The position numbers and the translations under genes were made by a program. This document shows positions 10,659 to 20,000 of a DNA stretch of 20,000 nucleotides, one piece after another. The stretch is from the NCBI GenBank assembly GCA_013115125.1, contig JABANN010000116.1, positions 49,744 to 69,743 on the forward strand, read 5' to 3'. Source of the stretch: Perkinsus olseni (Eukaryota). The stretch's first letter is position 1. The number at the start of each line of letters is the position of its first letter. The notes under the pieces are model-generated. The model had not been told where the DNA came from and did not search any database. It worked only from the letters and a program-made list of their open reading frames with translations.

Positions 10659-13600
10659 TCAGGCGTTTCCACGCACATCAGTCCTACTCTGAGGCCCATC
10701 AAGTAGTACGATAAGCCGCCCTCGTCGATTCACTACCTTGGGTGCCATGAACCTCCCCGAGCCTGGCGTAGGGTAGAGAGTGTTCTCCTCGGTCGTCAAG
10801 GACTTCACCAGATTGAACTGCTGCCGCCGTTTGTTCAAATGCCACTGCCATTTATTCATCACAGGCTGCCAAGCAAACCTGCGATGAGTACTACCATAAA
10901 AGCAGCCCTGGGAAGGCCTCCTTACCTAGTGAACCCTGGCCGGACCTCCAGTGGTGATACCAATACATTGCCGCGCTTCTTGCCATGCAGTAGATGCCTA
11001 CAACGATAGGAAGGTCCTCGACAGAGGAAGTCCTCTCCACCAACCTCCTCTCGTGGCGAATCATATGACCCTTCTGGTCGTATCGTCGACGGACCTCCTT
11101 GAACCATCGATCAGGCCAGTGCACCCAATGATCCCCCGGCGCCATCAGGTGAGCATACCTTCACCATCAAGCAAAGGGAAGTCGCCGAGGCTTCTGAAGA
11201 CATTACTTTTTGCCTTCCCCATTGGCGACAGTCCTCCGGCTCATTATCATGCTCGTCGTCCGAGTAATAGCCCTTGTTCTCGATAACCACGACAGCTCCC
11301 CTTCGAATTTCAACTCTACATTATGCAGACCCATGATGTAGACCCAAGGCAAGTACCTTCAGAGCCGACCTAAACTACCGCGCGCCACGAAATTCCTCGC
11401 ACCGTCGATTGCATAGGATGCCAGACTCGGCGGGCAAGGGCAGTATCTTGCATTTCTGGCCGTACTCCCTCGCTATGACCGGGGCGTGCAGTGTCCGACT
11501 GCTGTCTAAATCAATGAACTGAAAGACGAAGCGAAGCCGTCATCCAGCGAGGCCCGATGCCACAGCCTTGCCTGCAGTCTCTTGAGGGCCTGCATGGCTG
11601 CATCAGCCCGTGCTGTCGTAATGGTATTGCCATACCCAACACCGAAGCCGTAGACTCCTTTACCATTACCCACCATGAGGATACATCGGTAGTAGTACCT
11701 AGGTGCATCATCAGCACCAGCATGGACGACAACTCTGGCCCTACACGCGACCATTAGGGGCCATAGAGCATAGCCTAGAGACAGCCATCAAGTGCTGCCG
11801 CAAACCCTCGTAGTTGAGGAGAGGGTCGGTCACATTCTGCTGCCGCAGATACCTATAGATGCGCTGCTGCTGTCCTTAGACGGGACTTCTACACAAAGTC
11901 CTACATCTGCCGACGGGCGTCATAGACAGCATTCAGAGGTTGCTTCCACTTCCAGTCAACCGAGTTCTCATCCGGTCGCACAGCCTACATCATTACCCCC
12001 ACGCAGTCGAGAGGACCTCAACAAGTTTCACTGCGCCAAGAAATGTCTCACCGGTCCCATAGTCTTATAGCTTTGAACCTCGCTCTCTATGATTTGCTCC
12101 ACTGGAGTCTTCGAGAAGCTGTTTACGAACTCCTGAGATGCACTCGCCTCCACCCCATCACCGCCCTCTACCCGACTACCTTGAACTCCTCATCATTCCT
12201 CTCCCGCTGTACGGCCAGGACCCTCGAGGCGTCGCCAATGTCCATCAGCCTGTCGATCTGTTCATCAGAAAGGTAAGGGTTCTCGGGCAACGCAGCCAAC
12301 TCCTCCGGTATCTACCACCACGATGGTGCTCACAGAGCAGACCACGCAGCAGCTCCTACGGATTTAGAAGGCAGACCGTGGAGGAGTTTATACGGGTCCG
12401 TCGCCTCGAAGTCCAACAGGTTAGGCTTCCCTCGGGCTGCTGCCTTGAGCATCATACTGGCCACGTTCATGTCCGCCGGTGTCGTCTGGCGAATCAGCGG
12501 CACCTAGCGTCAGACCGTGATGAGCGCTGTGAGAGCGGTCCGCTACATTTCCCTTCGGTATGTGCTTCTCGATATCCTCTATATTCATCTTCAGCCAATT
12601 GCCAAGGCCTATCTTCTCGAGGTCGTGTACCAGGGTCTTGAACTGTCCCAGCAGGCCGTTCCTGTCAGCGGCTATTAGGTGCTGCTGCATCCCCGCCCGT
12701 ACTACTCCTCTGGGTCGAACTCAAAGAACTTGGCGAAGCTCTCGAACCACTTGCCGGCGTCTTGCACCGGGAACTCGAGGTTCCGATCATCCACCAGAGT
12801 GGCCGGGAGGGGATACCTGAGCGGTCATCCCGTCATAACAAGTGGGACCGACTGTCTTCTGCTGCAGAGACAACAAACACTACAAGCATGCAAGTTTATT
12901 GGGAAGATATAATTCAACCAACAGGCGTCACGAAACATCGCCGCCACGGGCAAATTCCCATCGACTTACGTGTCGTAAATAAAGTCCTCACCAAAGCTAT
13001 ACCACTCCTCCGTGCCTGAGTAAGAGCATCATCGCCATCAACCCCACTCAGGTCTATGCTCCAGCATACCCTTCTTGGGTGCCTTGTGTAACCATATCTT
13101 TCTGTGCTCCTTCTGATTGTGTATGACACGTTGGAGATGTCCTCTCAGCCAGTCCGCCACATCCGTATCCGGCAGCCTGAGGAGCGATACTGCCGATGGC
13201 CCTCATGGCAGATCTGGTGTACTCGGCGATGGCAGGGGGCATGAGCTGCTTCAACCTAGGCCAATGGTTGAACATGAACTCGTCAACATACTCAGGATCC
13301 TTCCGCAAGGGGAAGGCGAACATCACGCTTTCTACCAAACGCTGAAACCTGATAGGCGCCATCCAACCGTCACTAGCTCCAGGACGGCCGACCTCAAAGG
13401 GTCATCCTGAGCGGGAAGCTCCTCTGCCTTTATGCCCAAACAAGATGCGATGTACCTAGCACACGCTATCACAAGATGCTGCCGCGGGAGCCCTTCTGTC
13501 TACTCCAAATCATCACATAAGCTCCTGCATGCAGCCTCCAGTGCTATCAGGAAGGCCTTCGGGTTGACTACTGGCAGCTGGAACTGGAAGGGGTCTACCA

Positions 13601-14413
13601 CCTCATTCTTCAACTGACACCAACACAGCAAACGAGTGCCCCCGCTGGATGTGCTCATCTCGTGAGCACCTGCAGCTTGTCTCGAGGGAGAACAGCCCCC
13701 GTCTGGTTAGGGGCTACCCCTCGGCCGCTCTCCATCATATGGAGTCTATTCATCTTTGCCTTTATACCTGCTCAACGAGAACTGGCCCATAGTCTACTGT
13801 GGGCAATACCTACTCAGCACTGCATCCTCTTGGTAGAACGGCAGGGCATCTGGTCGCAATGCCCGATACACACGCAGACCTTCGTTAACCTGGAGAGTAC
13901 TACTTGAAGGACCTCATGGTTCTTGAACTAGATGACTGGCTAGAGCTAACCGCCCGGTAGAGTGCTTCACGATGAATTCGTCACTCGGAAGGGCCTCTCC
14001 CGCGGGTGTGGCGAGGCACGTACAGTAGATCGCAACACTTGCTCCTTCTCAGCAGCCAGCTTCCTAACATCCCTCTTAGACTCCAACAAGGCATTCCGTT
14101 CCTCCTCGCCGAACAACGAACCGATCTGATGACGATCCATCGTCCACTTCAGTCAGGGGAACCGACGCAGCAGCAACAGCCCACCTGCTGTTTGGTCAGC
14201 ATGGTGTCCCTGGCATGCTTGTCCTTCTCCCTCCGCAATACCGACATCTCCGGAGCTTGGTCGAAATGATCCAAGTACTTGTGCCTTCGTATGCCCATCC
14301 GACTAATCAGCTTCCCCTAAGCATACACACAGTGCCAGCAGGACCCGCCATTGGCCTGCCCTCCCCATTACTATCCGCCCTGGAACCTTGGGAAGGGTGT
14401 TGATTTGCGCCAT
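10659..14413 (-). CDS. uS5m (MRPS5): Mitochondrial-type small-subunit ribosomal protein uS5 with long N- and C-terminal extensions; about 20 introns
   Basis: Spliced core reads LRQHLMAVSRLCSMAPNGRV|YYYRCILMVGNGKGVYGFGVGYGNTITTARADAAMQALKRLQ|FIDLDSSRTLHAPVIAREYGQKCKILPLPAESGILCNRR|YLPWVYIMGLHNVELKFEG. This matches bacterial-type S5 N- (VVGDGNGxVGFGxG) and C-terminal domains. Upstream exons mostly chain in phase back to MAQINTLPKVPGRI|GKLISRMGIRRHK (basic, acid-free, presequence-like). Stop TGA at 10661-10659. The start codon and junctions near 13890-14030 are uncertain. Confidence 0.82.
11519..11571 (-). other. Non-canonical GC-AG intron (53 nt) in uS5m
   Basis: CTGCAG|GCAAGG...TCTTTCAG|TTCATT joins KRLQ to FIDLD in frame. 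The nearby GT (CT|GTGG) gives an out-of-frame product that stops within a few codons. Confidence 0.8.
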
Positions 14414-14638
14414 TACCTCGGCGAGAAGAAGCTCGCCTAGTGCCCCTCTCAAAAAAACAACTACAGCGCTGTTCCACCAGGAGACCGCCGGCCATACTCG
14501 AGACGTTAAGTGTCTAATTGAAACTATTGTTACTTTTCTGTAAGTACAGATCGTAGTCAACGTAGACTGTCGGCACACGTGCTCATTAGAAGGAGGAGGA
14601 ACTCGGAAATGTGTGGATTGATACCACAACATGCCCAA

Positions 14639-17247
14639 TTATTTGCCAGGGTTACGTCTATTCTTCTTCTTATGCTTCCCATCACGACGCTTTCTCTTCC
14701 CTCGCATAACCTTCATAGCCGCTTCACACGCTGTTTTGGTACCAGGGCCTCTACCGAACACTATCGGAGTCGCCGGGCTTGGATTCTCTTCCTTTTTTTC
14801 AAACTCGACTGGGAGAGGCTTCAGCTCCTGAAAAAGTCCGAGACGCGGTGACGCCGTCACCACCCTCTCAGCCCAATGGCTCACCTCCCGTACGGCAGGA
14901 GCTATCTTGACCAGCATGAAGGTGACATTGTCGGTGCCTTCACACTCACCACTTGGCTCAGTAGGAACTAACCTGAAATGCCCCGACCAAGGATCGAACC
15001 CGAAGTCTTCCGGATGCCAGGCGACAATCAGAACTCGCGGCACGCTGATTGCCGTAGCCAAGCCGACTCACGAATCTCTGACGGAAGTGCTGCACATCGC
15101 TGCTGTTATTTTACTCAAAGACTCCGTCACTCTGTCCTCTACGCTGCCGTCAATAGTGTGAACCTATCACCTGCTTTGTCACCAACCGTGCTGGATGCTC
15201 ACTTACAGTGTTGCTCTTAGGCAGCGGCACTTCTGAGCCCGCCGAAGATCCTCTGACAAGCGCACGTTGAAGGATACTCAACCGGATTCACCCATAGCTT
15301 CCCTTACTTCTCAAGCCGCTGCTCAAACTCGACCACCTTCTCTGCAGCTCCCGCGTTCGTGTGGACTTCCCACACGCCATCACAGCCCAGTATGATATGA
15401 GTATCTTTACTCGTCAAGGCCCGCACTCTAAAGATTCCCCCCATAACTCGCCTGCAGTGGCCTCTTCCATCGCCCACCTGATGTCCGGCATGCCAGATAT
15501 AATTTGACACTCTGGATAAAGTTTCTTGTCCTTCTTATACCGATGGTCTCCGAGAGAGCGGGAGAGATTGAGGTCACCTGTTCAAGAACAGGGCCGCTGT
15601 CGGCAACACTCCAGAGGGCCCTCCTGAGCGCACCCAGTCACCTTGGACTCGATCGCCTCCTTCGCACTGTTCGATGACTCCACCCGCCTGCGTTATGCGT
15701 TCCCTTTCGACGGGCTAAAACATCAACTGCAAAAAAGGGGCACTCACACTCGGCTGGTACCAGGGAGGGCTTGTGGTCTTCCGAGAGATCATACGCTTTG
15801 CCGTCGCGAACAACCATACACCTGAGGGACGGTATCACAGCAAAAGAAACCTCTTGAAAACTACCTCGAGTCCCCAGCATTCGCACAGATCAACCTCGGA
15901 TACTCCTCGTCATCACCAAGAGCAATGAGACATACGACAGCAGTGCATCCCTGAGAAGTGACGGTCACTCCCCCAGCCATGTGACAGCGATCCCACCTGC
16001 CCCTCGGGAGTGGAGTCCCGGCCAATAATGTCGTTCAAGGTCGATTGGCGCAGCTCCAGGAAGCCATCGTCGGTGCACTCCACACGCGACTCTGCAGACA
16101 GCAGCAGAACTCCATTGCAAAAATCAACGACAAGCCCAACCCGGCCGCAAGGCCTTACTGATATCTTTGGGCAAGTTCGGTATGAGGAATTGAAGTAGAA
16201 AGAGCAAACCGTCGATTGCAACCTGAAGGTGCAGGACTCGACACTGCAGTGGTGAAGTGTGGTGGTATCACCTGCTTCTTGTCCTTCTTGCGCCCTTGCT
16301 CTGAGAAGGACACTTCCCATTCCCATCAGCTACCTCGAATCGATGCCTACTTTTTGACGCTGCGATCCTAGTACTTCGACGACACTCCGCTTGCCCGGCA
16401 CTCGGCGGCTCTACGTCCTTCATATCGCCATCACCCGCCTCCTCAACCTCGCCCTCCTGAGAATGACCGAGCAGTGCTGGAGTAGTGCCTCGATGGCGAG
16501 GACCGTACACTGTCATCGTCCGAGTCATCCGAGTCTTCCATGTCTTCATCGCTGGAATCTTCACCAATCAAAGCGAGCAAGTCCCTCTTAACCTACATTC
16601 CCGTTATCTCACATCCCCCCCTTCCAGTCGGCTTACTGTGTTCACAGGCAAGCGAAGGATAGGGTCTGGACATGCTGCCTGCGCCTCCTCATCGAGTATA
16701 GCAACCTGATGATAAACATGCTACAATCACTACCACAACCCCGCCGGTAATGATAACCTCCTTCTTTCCTTTCTCTGTGATCATGAGCCTATCAAGCTCC
16801 ATGAAGGTCTCATGCAGGGCTCTCTCGTACTTCCCTTGACGGTACCTACCCAACCCCACGAGTGAACCAACAAGGACCCCATCCCATGACCTACGCTTCC
16901 CGATCAGTCAATATGGGAACAAGGTGCTTGGCGACATACAACGCTACTGCCTGCCCACCATGACCATCGAAGACTCCAAAGATACCAATCCTGACAAAGA
17001 CACGACCTCGACCACCAAATGCAAGCTTCGACCTTGGATATACTTCTTTTTTGCATCCCAGTGAGCTACATGTGCGTCCTCCATTGATCGACGCCAGCCT
17101 TGGACGCTCGAGACCGAAACAGCCAGCGGTCCCTGTACGAACAAGTCCCTCGCCGACGAGTCACCGAGTTGATACTACTACCCAATCAGCGCATTCGGTG
17201 TCCACATCTCGGACGGCTTCCTCCACACAAGAAAGGGAGGCTCCCAT
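14639..17247 (-). CDS. PP2C: Protein phosphatase 2C (PPM family), PPM1G-like, with acidic insertion; multi-exon
   Basis: Motifs in order after splicing: MGASLS start, [65 protein letters not shown]. Acidic insert [17 protein letters not shown] at ~16510-16565. Basic tail [19 protein letters not shown], stop at 14641-14639. Exon 1 is 17247-17182. Confidence 0.93.
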
Positions 17248-17419
17248 CCAAGCGAAGTGATAGAAAAACCGTAAAAGAAGACAGCCTGCTCAACATCATC
17301 AAACACCACCCCCCAAATTCAACATCTTCGAAGTGCTTAGAAAATTTTCACACCCCGGGCGATTGGCGGCCAGTGGACATGGATCGTGACCTCACAGCCG
17401 GAGAGGGCTTAGGCTGAGT

Positions 17420-19398
17420 TCACTTAGACACAGACACGATCCCTTGCAGGATAACCTGAAGGCAGACAGATGGCTTCAACGACCCTAGCCAATCCTGCGC
17501 GGGTTCAACCCCAGGCAGGTGCATCTTCTACTTGCACGAACCGATTCCATTCCAGCGGCCGCGTCCTCTGCATCAGAAGACCAAGCTCGGCCATGTTGTG
17601 GATCAGCATCTTGCAGTTCGACCCCGCCAGGGTGTCTCCACTAGCATGGGGCACCGCAGTGAGCTCTTGTACCGCTGAGAGCCGAGATCGAACCTACTGG
17701 CGTCAGTCCCACCAACGTTCCCACGTGAGCCACCCCCGAGCTACCTTCTCAGAAAACTCCTCAGTATCGCAATCTTCTCCAACAGGGGCACCATCCCACT
17801 TCCCAGGCGACTCCATCGCTACCACACTTGGAGGGGCCTCCACGCGGGGGCCCGGCAACCCCTCGCTAGGGGCCTCAACGATATCCGAGCAGCCAGTAGT
17901 TCGGCCCTCTGACGGCAGTACAAGACGCTCATAGACGACATGCAGCTCCGCTGAGCTAGCCGAGGTAAATACTAGAGCTGTCGTGTTGAACAGATCAGCT
18001 GCAGACTCCTCCAAGAATAGCCGGCAAATCTTACTCCGCTGCCACGGACTTTTACTACTACCCTCACTCTGCCTCATGGGCTGATCGCTCAGCATCCGAG
18101 GCAAGCCTGTGGACGCAGCTGGCATACCGCCCTTGCCACGCTTCAGGGGAGAAGCACTCCTCGAGCGCGCTGTTGCCTCCATCTCTCTGTACAACAGTAA
18201 GTGCGGTAACCTCATAAGGAAATCAGGGTCCAAGGCCAGCATCGCCTCCACAGGGATATCGTCTTGGGCATCCTTTACTATGCCATAGGCCTCCACCAGA
18301 GCCTTCCTGTGAGACTGTACCGACAGGTATCTTGCAGCCACGACCCATGCCTCGTGGAACCTTCGCAAAGTCACTACCAGGCCACGGTTGTTGGCCAGGT
18401 GAGAGTTCAGCTGATACATGTGTTGCCCGTAACGCCTCAACAGCCTTCGGACACCGGTGAAGGTCGACACTAAATTTTTCGATAATTTCATCAGAATCGG
18501 GCATAACTGTTTCTCGGCATCTCCTGGCTTCTTCCCTAGAATCCTCTCAGCCTCCAACAAGCACTCTGGCGTGAAGATCGTTCTAGATTCCTCAGCGTCT
18601 GCTGGAGACACCAAGTCGTCTAGCTCACTTAGCCGATCCATCACACGACCGAGGACAAGACGGTGGTAGGAGCGGCCTCGTCGAACGGCAGAATCATCCT
18701 GAAAGGCGGCCAAGCTCACGCCACTGCTGTCCACGCCTGGTCATGGACCGTACTACCTCAGCATCCGAGAGATCTATCTCTGCTTCTATGGCCTCCCTCA
18801 GGGGACCGCATGCCTGCTTATGTATTACCTCAATCTCCTCTAGGGCATGAACTTCGAAGCGACACCAAACAGAATCGAAGTAAGTCAATGAATTGGCTAG
18901 ATCGCTCCGGACCATCGGGATGGTATTCGCCCGTAGATTACCATAGGCCGCCACAATATCCTCACAGGTGCTGCGGAAGACAGTCCGGATGTTGCTGCAT
19001 TCCGACAAGACCGTTTGAGAGACATCATATTGGACTCCGTTAAGGAGGTAGGTGGGCAGTAGCGAGTAGGCGGTGACTAGAGTGTTGTAAAGATACCCAG
19101 CCACAGTGACCTCTGGGTTGTAGGCCCTTCGATAGCTCTTGTCCACCCGCTTTAACATCATCACATCACTAAGCCGATCGATGCTGTTAAGTACGATTAT
19201 GAATGTATTTTTATCATCGGTGCCTAGTACCTCGGTCCAGGAGGGTATGCTTTGTATAGCCTGCACGCATGCACATAAGGTAAGATACTCCTCAGTGTTG
19301 CGATACAACGAGTAGCCAATATTCAGCTGGTCTAGCCAAAGATCTCCAGAGCCTCTTCGAGATGAGGGGCTCCTCCGACCAGAGCTACCCCTCGACAT
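17420..19398 (-). CDS. Uncharacterised, probably alpha-helical protein (~620 aa, 4 exons)
   Basis: Exons 19398-18757, 18698-17745, 17693-17532 and 17455-17420, all phase-0 GT..AG joins. These link ORFs 18694..19398 and 17703..18734 and end ...LLMQRTRPLEWNRFVQ|VILQGIVSVSK*. No recognisable catalytic motif. Confidence 0.8.
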
Positions 19399-19439
19399 GA
19401 TAGTGACGTGCCATCACATGCGCTGACGATGCGTAGCAC

Positions 19440-20000
19440 CTGAATTTACCCAAACCCGGATTTAACCAACCCGAAAGCGCGCGCCAAAATAATCGATAGA
19501 AATGTGCGATTTATTGCGTATTCGGGTTCTTTTCCTCCCGCCTGTTCTGGACGAGGGTCTGCGTGCAAGGCTTTACGCAAGTTGCAGGAAGACTGAAGTC
19601 CCACTCTACCGCTGAAGTGCATTCGCTATGAGTTTGATCGATCGAAGATATATGTGTTATAGTGATCTGATGTTATCTGATTCATTTCAGTTTCAAGTTA
19701 TTCAAGTTTTCAAGTTTCGGTTCGGTTTGAGGATCGATTTCTATCGACCTTTGGCTGTACTGTCTTATTCATCTCCATCTTCTGTTATTGGTATCGATCG
19801 ACAGTAACCAAACACCCTACTAACCGGCTAGTGCCACATATCGTATTACTAAGTTAGCTGGTATACAAAGGAGCTGGAGTCGAGTTGGCTTATCTAGTTA
19901 TAGCAGAGAGATATCGATTTTGGTACACGCCAGCCATTTGCCCGATATTATCCAATTCTTAACCAAAAGAATATCCCCTGTGTCCCTGGCGACACCAAGC
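19440..20000. other. AT-rich non-coding region, possible promoter or boundary of the co-oriented gene block
   Basis: No ORF of 60 aa or more in the track. Visibly lower GC. Short repeats (ttcaagtt x3, ~19692-19717) and five ATCGAT palindromes. Confidence 0.55.
19477..19489 (-). promoter_or_regulatory. E2F-like site (TTTTGGCGCGCGC) ~80 nt upstream of the first gene of the cluster
   Basis: Plus strand gcgcgcgccaaaa; the reverse complement contains TTTGGCGC, matching the TTTSSCGC consensus. Function is inferred only. Confidence 0.3.

Noticed and set aside
10659..11290. A separate small ribosomal protein gene (e.g. uL13-like) in the Trp-rich ORFs
   Set aside because: These exons splice in frame to the S5 C-terminal domain, so they form the uS5m tail.
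12817..12969. 153-nt uS5m intron as a snoRNA host or microexon carrier
   Set aside because: No convincing C/D or H/ACA boxes seen; the possible microexon would need an atypically short 36-nt intron.
15051..15072. GCCGTAGCCAAGCCGACTCACG on the plus strand resembles the spliced leader
   Set aside because: Antisense, overlaps a PP2C intron donor (GTGAG), the middle is mismatched, and no SL RNA GT donor follows; most likely chance.
203..19043. Numerous plus-strand ORFs (e.g. 203..673, 12138..12641, 17470..17934)
   Set aside because: All overlap well-supported minus-strand exons and show no recognisable motifs; antisense shadows in GC-rich coding DNA.
19686..19730. ttcaagtt/ttcgg short repeats as a CRISPR array, telomere or transposon end
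   Set aside because: Units are too short and irregular, with no spacers, terminal inverted repeat or transposase; eukaryotic context.

Overview
Compact, intron-rich eukaryotic DNA, not prokaryotic. The short (mostly ~45-60 nt) spliceosomal introns, tight co-oriented genes and gene content suggest an alveolate, probably Perkinsus-like (inference, no search run). All five genes I could reconstruct by hand lie head-to-tail on the minus strand. In transcription order: (1) an uncharacterised helical protein, 19398-17420; (2) a PPM/PP2C phosphatase with an acidic insert, 17247-14639; (3) a mitochondrial-type ribosomal protein uS5 with a very long N-terminal extension and one GC-AG intron, ~14413-10659; (4) an intronless Mei2-like RRM protein, 10474-9068, followed by ~1.15 kb of low-complexity non-coding sequence; (5) a giant (about 2,300 aa within the window) signal-peptide-bearing modular protein starting at 7911 and running off the left edge. 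The right end (~19400-20000) is AT-rich non-coding DNA with five ATCGAT palindromes and an E2F-like site. I saw no RNA genes, CRISPR arrays or mobile elements. Most short ORFs in the track are shadows or exon fragments.
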